Below are positions 10,309 to 19,149 of a stretch of 64,000 bases of DNA, piece by piece. The translations under genes were made by a program, and so were the position numbers. Position 1 is the first letter of the stretch. Each line of letters begins with the position of its first letter. The notes beneath the pieces were generated by a model. It saw only the letters and a list, made by a program, of their open reading frames with translations, had not been told where the DNA came from and searched no databases. The stretch comes from Azospirillaceae bacterium (GTDB taxonomy: Bacteria; Pseudomonadota; Alphaproteobacteria; Azospirillales; Azospirillaceae): positions 1 through 64,000 of the forward strand of contig JANQHG010000096.1 of assembly GCA_028277115.1 (NCBI GenBank), given 5' to 3'.

Positions 10309-12303
10309 TCACCCCCCACATGACGAAGACGGCGCCGGCGTCACCGTCACCGGATCGCCCCGGGAGATCCGCCCGCCGACCGCGACCCGGGCAAAGACGC
10401 CGAACAGGCAATGATCGAACCCCTGCTGCAACGCCTTCGGGATGTTGAGGTCGCGGGCGCCGGTGACGGGATCGACTGCGGTCGCCGCACAACGTTCGAT
10501 CGGGTCGACCACGACAAGGCGAACCGCGCCGATCGCAAGCGTCGCCCCGACCCATCGGGTCTCCTGCCACGCCGGCAGATTGCTTAGATAAACATTACCG
10601 CGGAAACGCAATGGGTGGACAGGTGCCTTGGTCACCCGCTCTAGGTCGCCGACGCTCGCGAGGTTGATCACCGAGACCAGCTTGTCCGGGCTGTCAGAGA
10701 ACATGACCCCCGGCGCTTCGACGATCTTGGGCACGCCAGGAACATCGCGCGCAAGATAGGCGGCCAGGAACTGCTCAATGACGGCTCGTCCGGTGACCGT
10801 GGTCAAGGACCCGCGCGCGACCGGCCGGCCGTTGCGGCGAATCACCAGGGTCTGGGTGTCGGCGTCATAGCCGGTGTCGAGCGCGGCCAGGCGCTCGGTG
10901 CGTGCGACCACGACGAAGTTGCGCCGTGGCAACCAGCGCGGCGCGAGCGGGTCGAACTCGGACCCGCCGTGGGTGATCGCGAAGCGCCGATCCTCGGGCA
11001 TGCCCTGGTCGGCCGCGAGCGCCACCGTGTCCAGCGGATCGGCGCTCAAGCCTTTGACCGGGTAGCGGTAGAGTTGATCGATGGTCGGCGTCATCGGGTC
11101 AGCTTTGTGCAGCGCCGATGGGCTGTCAATCGCCGCGATCGCGCCCCCGCCGACCGCCGGCTCTCGAATGCGGTCCAACGTCTCGATCAAGCACGCGCTG
11201 ACATAGCCTTGCTGGTCTTCGGTCAGGCCGGGGAAGAACGGCAGGGAGATCGTACCGTCACCCCAATCCCGGCTGACCGGATGGTCGTCGGGCGTGAAGC
11301 CGTAGCGGGTGCGGTAATAGGTCAAGGTCGGCACCGAGCGGTAACTGACGGTGCAGCCGATCCCGGCTTGACCGAGCGCGGCCAGCACGCGGTCGCGCCG
11401 GTGGCCGCCGACATCGACCGCAAACAGGTGCCAGGCGCTGGTGCAGCCCGGCGGCATGGCCGGCAGGCGGAGGTCGGCGCGGGCGGCCAAGGCGTCGCGG
11501 TAGCGCGCGGCCAGCGCCTGGCGCATCGGCAGTCGGTCGCGGATCGTCTCGATCTGCCGGGGCAAAAGGGCGGCGAGCAGGTCCGGCAGGTTGGCCTTGG
11601 TACCGAGCACGGTCATGTCCCAGTGGCGGTAGCGGGCGCCGGCATGGCGATCGGCCGCGCCCGCCGACATGCCATGCAGGCGGGTCATGGCGAGGCGCGC
11701 CGCAAGCTCGGGGTTGTGGGTGACGATCGCCCCGCCCTCGCCGCAGGTGACGTTCTTGGTCGCGTAAAAGGAAAAGATCGCAGCGTCGGAGACCCGGCCC
11801 GGCGGGTGGCCGTCGCGGGTCGCCTCGAACGCGTGGGCGGCGTCCTCGATCACGGCGACCCGGCGCGGCGCGTCCTCGAGGCAGCGAACCAAGGCCGCGA
11901 CGTCGCACAAACGGCCGTACAGATGGACCGGGATCACCGCGGCGGTGCGCGCCGTGACCTTGGGTCGGAGCGTCTGCGGGGTCATCAAAAGGGTGTCGGG
12001 GTCGACGTCGGCGAACACCGGCCGCGCCCCGACCAGTTCGGCGGCATTGGCGGTGGCGATGAAAGTCATGGCCGGGACGATCACCTCGTCGCCCGGTCCG
12101 ACCCCGAGCGCGAGCAGGGTCGCGACCGCGCCGTTGGTCCAGCTGTTGGTCAAGAGCGCGTGGGGCGCATCGAAGAAGGCGGCCAGCTGCGCCTCGACCT
12201 GTCTTGTGAGCGCGCCCGTGGTCAGAAACGGGGTGTCGAGCACGCCGGCGACCGCCGCGGCGTCGGCCGCCGACAAGCCATGGCGGTAGAACGGCACCTG
12301 CAT
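10309..12303 (-). CDS. DegT/DnrJ/EryC1/StrS-family PLP-dependent sugar aminotransferase fused in-frame to a complete MOSC-domain (YcbX-like) protein
   Basis: Residues 1-~380 are DegT-like (PLP-Lys in SFYATKNVTCGEGG). Residues 404-664 begin with their own Met (MTPTIDQLYRYPVKGLS, MOSC_N beta-barrel) and continue through a MOSC domain. There is no stop codon between the two parts. Confidence 0.75.
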   Translation of the reverse strand: MQVPFYRHGLSAADAAAVAGVLDTPFLTTGALTRQVEAQLAAFFDAPHALLTNSWTNGAVATLLALGVGPGDEVIVPAMTFIATANAAELVGARPVFADVDPDTLLMTPQTLRPKVTARTAAVIPVHLYGRLCDVAALVRCLEDAPRRVAVIEDAAHAFEATRDGHPPGRVSDAAIFSFYATKNVTCGEGGAIVTHNPELAARLAMTRLHGMSAGAADRHAGARYRHWDMTVLGTKANLPDLLAALLPRQIETIRDRLPMRQALAARYRDALAARADLRLPAMPPGCTSAWHLFAVDVGGHRRDRVLAALGQAGIGCTVSYRSVPTLTYYRTRYGFTPDDHPVSRDWGDGTISLPFFPGLTEDQQGYVSACLIETLDRIREPAVGGGAIAAIDSPSALHKADPMTPTIDQLYRYPVKGLSADPLDTVALAADQGMPEDRRFAITHGGSEFDPLAPRWLPRRNFVVVARTERLAALDTGYDADTQTLVIRRNGRPVARGSLTTVTGRAVIEQFLAAYLARDVPGVPKIVEAPGVMFSDSPDKLVSVINLASVGDLERVTKAPVHPLRFRGNVYLSNLPAWQETRWVGATLAIGAVRLVVVDPIERCAATAVDPVTGARDLNIPKALQQGFDHCLFGVFARVAVGGRISRGDPVTVTPAPSSSCGG

Positions 12304-12328
12304 CGGATCGGGTCTCCCGCTCTGGGCG

Positions 12329-13765
12329 TCACGACGGTGGCCGACCGCCGGGACGGTAGGGATCGAACCACGCGTCGTCGTCGGTATACCCGTACTGCTT
12401 CAAAAGCGAGAACAGCTGCGGGCAGGCGGTGAACTGGTCGCGGATGCGGGCCGCGTGTTTCGGCTCACGCCAGGCGTCGCGCCGGGACGGGTCGAGCGCG
12501 CGGACCCCGTTCAGGGCGAGCGCGAGCGGCGGCGGCGCGTCGGCCGCCGCGAAGTTGGCAAACCAGTCCCGGTAGCGCAGACCGAACGTCCGGGCGAGCC
12601 GCTCCTGGAGCGCCTCCGGTGCCTTGAGCAGGTCTTCGTAGCGCACCACCATCACCCGCACCCGGTCCGACTTGGCCTGGAGCGTGCGCGCGATCGCGGT
12701 GTGGATCGCGATCACCCCGGGGTTGACGTAGCGGGGCGAACCCTCGGGCGGCACGAAGTATTGATGGTCGTAGCCGATGAAGTAATCGTCGGGGACACTG
12801 CGGTGGATCGAGGTCACGACCGCGCGCAGATCGCGGATCATGATCACGACCTTGAGGTCGAGGTCGGCCGGGGCGTCGGCGATCAGCTCCGGCATCTCGA
12901 AGACGTCGAGCGGGCGTTTGGTCGCGAGATGCGGCGGGCCCTCGGCCAGCGACGGCCGCACCGGCGCCTCGTCGTCGAGGGTGGCGACGTCGAGCAGGCT
13001 TCGGCGCAGCATCTGATAGACGAGCGTGGTGCCGCTGCGCGGATAGCCGGTGACGACCAGGCGCGATCGTCGGTCCGGCGGCGGTCCGGGCAGGCGCGCG
13101 GCGTGGTCGATCCGAAACGCGAGCGTGGTGCGCTCGACCGCCGGTCGCCACATCGCGCCGGTCGCGCTGCGCGGCCCGACCGAATGGCGGCCGCGCCGGT
13201 TCAAAAAGAACGGGCGCTTGATCTTGATGCAGCGATGGTCGAGCCAGACCGACAGATAGTACTTGAAATCCTCGCCGCAGTCCATCTCGGGGTCGAACTT
13301 GATCTGGCGGGCGACCTCGGTGCGCACGAAATGGCCCATCTGCAAGGTCAGATAGGGGTCGTGGGCCAGGAGGTCGCCGAGGCTGGAGAGGGTCGTTGCC
13401 TGGCCCGCACGCAAACGCGGGGCGCCATTCACGCCCATTTCGAAAATCAGGCCCCAGACCGCGTCGTAGGCGCGGTGGAGCCCGGTCATGAAGGAGAACG
13501 CCTGTTCGACCATCAGGTCGTCGGCGTCGAGGAAGAACAGCCAGTCGAAGCCGCGCTCGGCGGCGATCTCGATGCCGGTGTTGCGCCGGTTCGACCGGCC
13601 GTGCCGCGCTTTTGTGTCGTCGAGCGTCAGGACGTCGATGGTCGCGAACGGTCCCGGGTCGGCGGCCGCGGCGGCGGCGACCGATCGGCGCGCCTCCTCG
13701 GCCAAGGTTTGGTGGCCCGGGCCGACCGGGGTGATCACGCAGCAGGACGGGTTCGGGTGCGGCAC
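12329..13765 (-). CDS. glycosyltransferase family 2 domain fused to a PAPS-dependent sulfotransferase domain
   Basis: N-terminal GT2-like region (CCVITPVGPGH...FLDADDLM). C-terminal sulfotransferase 5'-PSB motif (VVTGYPRSGTTLVYQMLRRS) and 3'-PB-like RDLRAVVTS. Start placed at a GTG with RBS GGAGACG; the longer ORF to 14065 has an Arg-rich junk prefix. Confidence 0.7.
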   Translation of the reverse strand: MPHPNPSCCVITPVGPGHQTLAEEARRSVAAAAAADPGPFATIDVLTLDDTKARHGRSNRRNTGIEIAAERGFDWLFFLDADDLMVEQAFSFMTGLHRAYDAVWGLIFEMGVNGAPRLRAGQATTLSSLGDLLAHDPYLTLQMGHFVRTEVARQIKFDPEMDCGEDFKYYLSVWLDHRCIKIKRPFFLNRRGRHSVGPRSATGAMWRPAVERTTLAFRIDHAARLPGPPPDRRSRLVVTGYPRSGTTLVYQMLRRSLLDVATLDDEAPVRPSLAEGPPHLATKRPLDVFEMPELIADAPADLDLKVVIMIRDLRAVVTSIHRSVPDDYFIGYDHQYFVPPEGSPRYVNPGVIAIHTAIARTLQAKSDRVRVMVVRYEDLLKAPEALQERLARTFGLRYRDWFANFAAADAPPPLALALNGVRALDPSRRDAWREPKHAARIRDQFTACPQLFSLLKQYGYTDDDAWFDPYRPGGRPPS

Positions 13766-13859
13766 CGGGCGTCTCCGGGTCGGCGGGCGGCGGCGCGGTG
13801 CCGGCCGCCGGTGCCGCCGCGCCGAACCCGACCGCAGGTGGGGACCGCCGCCCCGGGCT

Positions 13860-14666
13860 TCAGTGGGCGGGGCCGTGGAACACGGCGTCGAGGTCGTCGG
13901 CCTTGAGCGCGGCTGCCATCCATCGAGCGATTTGCTGAACCGAGGCAGCCTGGATCCGCATGCGAATCGGCTCGGGCACCGGCGCCCCGAAGCGTTCCTC
14001 CAAGACATAGAGCAAAGGCGCCGCGCGACCTTTGTCGTACACGGTGCGAAGGAACTCGTTCTCATTGATATCGATTTCGAGGCCCATGGCGGCTGCCTCC
14101 TCTTCTACCACCGCGGCTGCTCTCTTGATCCCGGCCAGGATCATCAACCGGGCCACCGCGTCGCTGCGCTCGTTCTCGTCCAATATGGTAAGCCGGTTCA
14201 AGATGTCGCGCACCCGCGCGCGCATGTCGTCGGTGCGGCACAGAATAGCGAGCACATGGTCGTCGGGCCTGGGGCTGGCGAGCAAGCGGTCGGGGTCCAG
14301 GCTCTCGAAGCTGACCACGGCGAAACGGAAGCTCAGGTTGGGGTGCTCGATGGTGCGCGGCATCGCCGCGGCGACGGCGTCGGTCAGCGCCAGCACGATC
14401 TGGACGATCGGCGCGCCGCCCTTTGCCTCGGCAATCGGGCCGTAATACTCGAGCATCCGCCAGTCCATCCGCAGGTCCGGATCCCCCTGGAGCTCCAGGT
14501 GCAAGACGCGCCGATCGGCCAGATCGGCGATGAAGTCGGGCACGCGTTTGCGGGTCGAAGAGAACTCGGTCGGGGTGATCGTGACTGCGGTGGTCCCGAC
14601 CAACTGGTTGAGCAGCCCCGGCGCGCCGCGCCAGAGCAGGTCCTTCAAGGTGGTGTCATAGATCAT
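13860..14666 (-). CDS. Rpn/YhgA-like PD-(D/E)XK nuclease family putative transposase with DUF4351-like C-terminus
   Basis: MIYDTTLKDLLWRGAPGLLNQL...VLHLELQGDPDLRMDWRMLEYY matches the Rpn-family N-terminal nuclease pattern. C-terminal ...LLYVLEERFGAPVPEPIRMRIQAASVQQIARWMAAAL...LDAVF matches DUF4351. ATG at 14666; the long 478-aa ORF prefix is junk. Confidence 0.7.
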   Translation of the reverse strand: MIYDTTLKDLLWRGAPGLLNQLVGTTAVTITPTEFSSTRKRVPDFIADLADRRVLHLELQGDPDLRMDWRMLEYYGPIAEAKGGAPIVQIVLALTDAVAAAMPRTIEHPNLSFRFAVVSFESLDPDRLLASPRPDDHVLAILCRTDDMRARVRDILNRLTILDENERSDAVARLMILAGIKRAAAVVEEEAAAMGLEIDINENEFLRTVYDKGRAAPLLYVLEERFGAPVPEPIRMRIQAASVQQIARWMAAALKADDLDAVFHGPAH

Positions 14667-14704
14667 CGGGCACGGGTCTCCGGCGGGGCGGCTCGATCGG
14701 GCGG

Positions 14705-15724
14705 TCACAGAACCTTGCCGTCCAAGACCACGTCGCGCAGGGTTTCGTTGGCGTCGATCAGGAAGCGGTACCACTCGACGGTCCTGGTCTTGGGGCCTTC
14801 TTCGACCGTGCCGTCGAAGATCGCCTGGTAGACCTGTCTGATCCCGGCCTCGACGCTGATCGCCGGCTCGAACCCGACCGTTTGGCGCATGCGCTCGGTC
14901 GCGACCGCGTAGCTGCGTTTGTCTGCGTCGTCGGGGGCGATCACGATATCGACCGGGAAGTTGAGCGTCTGGCGGACCAGCATCGCGACCGCCCGGGCGT
15001 TGAGGTTGGCGAGCGCTGCGTTGAAGATGCGGCCGCCGACCCGGTCGGCCGGGGCCGCCAGCAGGGCGATCATGGCGTCCGCGACGTCGCCGACGTGGAT
15101 CAGGGGCCGGACCTGGCGGCCGCCGCCCAGGACGGTGATCCGCCCCTGGGTTGCCGCGGTCAGGACCATCAGGTTGACGATCAGGTCGAACCGCATGCGC
15201 GGCGACACCCCGAACACGGTGCCGTTGCGCTGGGCGACCGCGGTGAAGCCGTCGCCGTCGAGCGCGAGGATCGCCTGTTCCGCCAGGATGTTGCATTTGG
15301 CGTAGGTGCTGACCGGGTTGGTCGGCGCGTCCTCATCGACCGGCTGGCGGCCGCTGCGTCCGTAGGCCGAGCAGGAGCTCGACAGGACGTAGCGCGCGAC
15401 CCCGGCCGACTTGGCCATTTCGGCCAGGCGACGGCGGGCTTCAAAGTTGATCTTGAGGGTCAGCTCCGGCGACAGTTCGCCGCTTGGGTCGTTGGACAGG
15501 GCGGCCAGGTCGCAGACGGCGTCGCAGCCGTGCAGGCGCGCGTGTGGGAGTGTGCGGACATCGCCGCGTTCGAGCCGCAGGCCCGGATGGTCGGCGACCG
15601 GGTCGAGCGGCCCGGTCCCGAAGAAGAAGCGGTCGAACGCGATGACGTCGTGATTTTGATCCAGCAGCTTTGGGACCAACACACTCCCGATGTACCCGCC
15701 GGCCCCGGTGACCAAAACCCTCAT
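14705..15724 (-). CDS. NAD-dependent epimerase/dehydratase (extended SDR; likely nucleotide-sugar dehydratase/epimerase)
   Basis: MRVLVTGAGGYIGS Rossmann motif. YAKCN (YxxxK) catalytic motif. 340 aa. Confidence 0.85.
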   Translation of the reverse strand: MRVLVTGAGGYIGSVLVPKLLDQNHDVIAFDRFFFGTGPLDPVADHPGLRLERGDVRTLPHARLHGCDAVCDLAALSNDPSGELSPELTLKINFEARRRLAEMAKSAGVARYVLSSSCSAYGRSGRQPVDEDAPTNPVSTYAKCNILAEQAILALDGDGFTAVAQRNGTVFGVSPRMRFDLIVNLMVLTAATQGRITVLGGGRQVRPLIHVGDVADAMIALLAAPADRVGGRIFNAALANLNARAVAMLVRQTLNFPVDIVIAPDDADKRSYAVATERMRQTVGFEPAISVEAGIRQVYQAIFDGTVEEGPKTRTVEWYRFLIDANETLRDVVLDGKVL

Positions 15725-15732
15725 GGCGTTTT

Positions 15733-15797
15733 CCCCAAGTTGGGGGGTCCAGGGGGCAACCCCTGGTGGGGGGTGTCGGGGGGCGACGCCCCCTGAC
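15733..15797. repeat. GC-rich palindromic intergenic repeat, copy B
   Basis: GGGGTCCAGGGGGCAACCCCTGGTGGGGGGTGTCGGGGGGCGACGCCCCCTGACC. Shares one half with copy A and the other half with copy C. Contains CAGGGG-GCAA-CCCCTG and GGGGGCG-a-CGCCCCC hairpins. Confidence 0.55.
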
Positions 15798-15798
15798 C

Positions 15799-16851
15799 TC
15801 ACGCGGTGAAGCGCGCCCCTCCCCACTTTTGCGCCTCGTCCAGCAGCCACTCTCGTTCGGCCTCGGCCCGTTCGATCAGTAGGGCGAGCTCCGGCCGCGC
15901 CTTCAGGTTTGCTTTGAGCGCGTTGATCTGCCGGTTGCGGGCGGCGATCCGGAAGCTGAGGTCGAGCACTTGCCAGGCCGGCCTTGGTCCTTCGGTGGGT
16001 TTGCGCTTCTGCGCCGGGCGGGCGTGCAGGCAGGTGATCTTGGCCGCATCGACCCCGAACGCCTGTTCCAGTTGGGCGAGGTCTTGGATTGCGTCGCCTT
16101 TGATCACCGCCGCGTTCGAGATGGCGTCGTCGTGGCGGGTATAGAGCCGCATCGGTTGGGCCGAGGTCAGGACCACCGGTTCGAACTCGACCACCTTGTG
16201 GTAGTGCGACCAGAGTTTGTGGCGGGCGCTGAGCGCGGTGATGCCGGACGACAGGCGGGCCATCACGAACACGCTCATGCTGGCGAAGTCTTCGTCGTGC
16301 GGTTCGGTCGCCAGGCTGGCGAGGTCGAACCAGATGCCGTTCCTGAAGGTGATGACGATGCCGGCGGAGTGGGCGACCAGCCAGGGCCTTTGGTCACGGG
16401 CGGTTTCGAAGGCGGCGCGTTTTTGCCGGGCCAGGCGTTGCACGACTTCGGTGGTTTGGCGGCTCCAGGCGTCGTCGTCGTCGATGATCGAGGTCAGGAC
16501 GTAGGCGGTCGGGTCCTCGACCAGCCCGTGGCCCAAGACGGCATCGATCACGAGGCCGTCGAGCCAGGCCTGGGTGCCCTGTTGCATGGTCACGATGGTG
16601 CGGCGATCGACCTCGAGCAGGCGGGCTTGCGGGGAGATCGCCAGCAGGCGCTCGAGCCGGGTCCGCTGCGGGGTCGGCATGTCGGCGTCGATGCCGATCA
16701 GCCAGTAAAAGCGCCCGTCGGCCTGGCGGCTGATCGAGGGGTGGGTGATCGCTTCGAACAGGTCGAGCTTGCGCTCGAGCCAGGCCGGTTCGGTGACGCC
16801 GATGCCGAACCGGGTCAGGATGATGTGGGGGACCGGATCGTTCTGGCTCAC
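15799..16851 (-). CDS. putative glycosyltransferase (Rhamno_transf / putative rhamnosyltransferase-like family)
   Basis: Protein-like C-terminal 351 aa of a 1023-aa ORF (VSQNDPVPHIILTRFGIGVTEPAWLERKLDLFEAITHPSISRQADGRFYWLIGID...). GTG start overlaps the TGA stop of the upstream formyltransferase (GTGA coupling). Confidence 0.55.
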   Translation of the reverse strand: MSQNDPVPHIILTRFGIGVTEPAWLERKLDLFEAITHPSISRQADGRFYWLIGIDADMPTPQRTRLERLLAISPQARLLEVDRRTIVTMQQGTQAWLDGLVIDAVLGHGLVEDPTAYVLTSIIDDDDAWSRQTTEVVQRLARQKRAAFETARDQRPWLVAHSAGIVITFRNGIWFDLASLATEPHDEDFASMSVFVMARLSSGITALSARHKLWSHYHKVVEFEPVVLTSAQPMRLYTRHDDAISNAAVIKGDAIQDLAQLEQAFGVDAAKITCLHARPAQKRKPTEGPRPAWQVLDLSFRIAARNRQINALKANLKARPELALLIERAEAEREWLLDEAQKWGGARFTA

Positions 16852-17717
16852 GTCAAGCGCCCCCGAAGCCCGGTGGGATGGAACGGGCTGCCGTCGGCGG
16901 TGGTCGCCCGGTCGATCCGAAGCAGGCCGGTGCCGCAGACGACGACGGCGGCGCCGTGGTCGAGCCGCCAGATTTTGCCGGGCTGGCGGAGTTCGAACGC
17001 GAGGTCGGGCAGCGGCGTGGCGGCGTGCACGATGATCTCCTGGTCGCGATAGCGGGTCAAGGCGCCGTGGTAGGGCGGCCCGACGGCGTCGACGAAGCGG
17101 GCGATCGCGGCGGCATGCGCGTGCCAGTCGATCCAGCCGTCGTCGCGGTCGCGCCAGATCGCGTAGGTCGCGGCCGCATCGTCCTGGGGCGTCTCGGTGA
17201 GGTCGGGCCAGGCGGCGGCGAGTTCGCGCGCAAGGTCGGCGGCTTCGCGCGCTTGGCGGTGCAGGGCCTCGGCGATGGTGATCGGGTAGGAAATTTCGAA
17301 GCCGCGCTGCCCGAGCAGGGGTCCTGCGTCGACCGCGGCGGCCGGGCGCAGCGCGCTGACCCCGATCCGGGGTTCGCCCTTGATCAGCGCGGTCACGGTC
17401 GGCGCGAAGCCGCGGTAGCGGGGCAGCAGCGCGTCGTGGATCACGATCACCGAGGGCGCCGGCGCATCGACCAGGTACTGCCAGCCGACCAGGAACAAGA
17501 GATCGAACGCGGCCATGGTGTCGCGGCCGAGCCGGTGTTCGACGGCGAGCGGGATGCCGCGGGCGGCGCACAGATCGCGGATGCGGGCGAAATCGCCGGC
17601 GGCGGCGTCGTCGTCGTCTTGGCGATAGGACACGACGCCGGCAATGCGTGCGGTCTCGACCAGGCGTTCCAGGAACACCCGGCCTTTCAGTCCGACCCCG
17701 GCGACGCCTAAGCGCAT
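16848..17717 (-). CDS. formyltransferase (Fmt-N fold; likely sugar N-formyltransferase)
   Basis: HxALLPRYRG motif (VIVIHDALLPRYRGFAPTVTALIKGE) of N10-formyl-THF-dependent formyltransferases. 290 aa, no tRNA-binding C-domain. ATG at 17717. Confidence 0.8.
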   Translation of the reverse strand: MRLGVAGVGLKGRVFLERLVETARIAGVVSYRQDDDDAAAGDFARIRDLCAARGIPLAVEHRLGRDTMAAFDLLFLVGWQYLVDAPAPSVIVIHDALLPRYRGFAPTVTALIKGEPRIGVSALRPAAAVDAGPLLGQRGFEISYPITIAEALHRQAREAADLARELAAAWPDLTETPQDDAAATYAIWRDRDDGWIDWHAHAAAIARFVDAVGPPYHGALTRYRDQEIIVHAATPLPDLAFELRQPGKIWRLDHGAAVVVCGTGLLRIDRATTADGSPFHPTGLRGRLT

Positions 17718-17898
17718 CGACCACCGATCCTCTCGTGCCCTGCCCCGTCTGGTCGCAACCATACCGGGGATCGGCCCCGGCGCCAACGCGCCGCCCCTTG
17801 CCGCGGCCGGGCGTGGTCGGCGCCCTTGAACCCGCTTGACGCGCCGGCTTGGAACAACATTCTTGAGCCATCTTCCAAAGGGGGCGAGGGGGCGCGGC

Positions 17899-19035
17899 AT
17901 GGTCGGGACGACCGGACGGTTGGCTTATGCGGTTACCCAGACCGCACGGTTGATGTGGTTCACCGGACAATATCTGTTGGCGTTTCGGTTCGCGACGGCG
18001 CGGCGGCGCGCGGCGGAAGCGGCCGCCGCGGCAGCGCCGGCGCCGGCCGGCACGCGTGCCGGCGGCACCGACCGTGCGACCGCACGGTCGCGGCGGCGCC
18101 AGCTGATCGGTGATCTGCACCGGCTGATGGCGCGCGACCTCGACAATATCAAGGCGGGCTATTACGCCCTGCCCTATGACATGTGGGTGCGGCCGGACCG
18201 GCCGATCGCCGATACGGTGCGGTTTCTGCGCGACATGCCGGTGGTCGAGCGGCGGCGGCGCGCCGGTGCGGGCGACGAGGTGCGCCGCCACGCGCCCGCC
18301 GGCTCCGAGGCGCTGCCGGACTATTACCGCCAGAACTTCCACTTCCAGACCGACGGCTACCTCAGCCCCGAGTCGGCCCGGCTCTACGATCACCAGGTCG
18401 AGGTGCTGTTCACCGGCGGCGCCGACGCGATGCGCCGGCAAGCGCTGGTGCCGCTTTACCATTTCCTGCAATCGCGCCGGCAGGGCGCGTGCCGTCTGGT
18501 CGATGTCGCTGCCGGGACCGGCCGGTTCCTGACCTTCGTCAAGGACAACTACCCGCTGCTGCCGGTGACCGCCCTCGACTTGAGCCGCCCCTATCTGGAC
18601 GAGGCGCGGCGGCGTCTGGCACCGTGGGCGCGCACGGTGTCGGTGGTCCGGGGCGCGGCCGAACACCTGCCGTTCGCCGACGCGAGCCAGGACGTGATCA
18701 CCTGCATCTATCTGTTTCACGAGTTGCCGGGCCCGGTCCGGCGCGCGGTCGCGCGCGAATTTGCCCGGGTGCTGGCGCCCGACGGCCGGGTGATCTTCGT
18801 GGACAGCCTGCAGACCGGCGACCGCCCGCCGTTCGACCCGCTGCTCGAACGGTTTCCGCATATGTTCCATGAACCCTATTACCGCGACTACATCGCCGAC
18901 GATCTGGTCGGCCTGTTCGCCGAGGCCGGCCTGGTTCTGAGCGAGACCAGCACCGCGTTTCTGTCCAAGGTGATGGTGCTGACGCGGGACGCGGCGGCGG
19001 CCGGCGCCGTTTCGGACCGCGCGGCGGCGGCGTGA
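17899..19035 (+). CDS. class I SAM-dependent methyltransferase with N-terminal extension
   Basis: Motif I LVDVAAGTGRF and post-I DVITCIYLFHELP. Divergent from the glycan cluster. A TTG at 17836 is an alternative start. Confidence 0.75.
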   Translation: MVGTTGRLAYAVTQTARLMWFTGQYLLAFRFATARRRAAEAAAAAAPAPAGTRAGGTDRATARSRRRQLIGDLHRLMARDLDNIKAGYYALPYDMWVRPDRPIADTVRFLRDMPVVERRRRAGAGDEVRRHAPAGSEALPDYYRQNFHFQTDGYLSPESARLYDHQVEVLFTGGADAMRRQALVPLYHFLQSRRQGACRLVDVAAGTGRFLTFVKDNYPLLPVTALDLSRPYLDEARRRLAPWARTVSVVRGAAEHLPFADASQDVITCIYLFHELPGPVRRAVAREFARVLAPDGRVIFVDSLQTGDRPPFDPLLERFPHMFHEPYYRDYIADDLVGLFAEAGLVLSETSTAFLSKVMVLTRDAAAAGAVSDRAAAA

Positions 19036-19149
19036 CCCGCGGCGCCCGGCTGGCGCGCCGGCTGCGCCAAGTGCGCGACACGATTGCTTATCTGGCAGCC
19101 ACGGGCGCGACCACTGCCTCCTCGAAGCGCCGCGCCGGTGACCGTCGCG

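Noticed and set aside
13860-15296. 478-aa minus-strand ORF
   Set aside because: The first 210 codons are Arg/Pro/Gly junk overlapping the epimerase gene in another frame. Only the C-terminal 269 aa from ATG 14666 are protein-like (Rpn-family).
15799-18870. 1023-aa minus-strand ORF read as one giant protein
   Set aside because: Only the C-terminal ~351 aa are protein-like (glycosyltransferase). The N-terminal two-thirds is Arg-rich junk running antisense to the methyltransferase gene and overlapping the formyltransferase gene in another frame.
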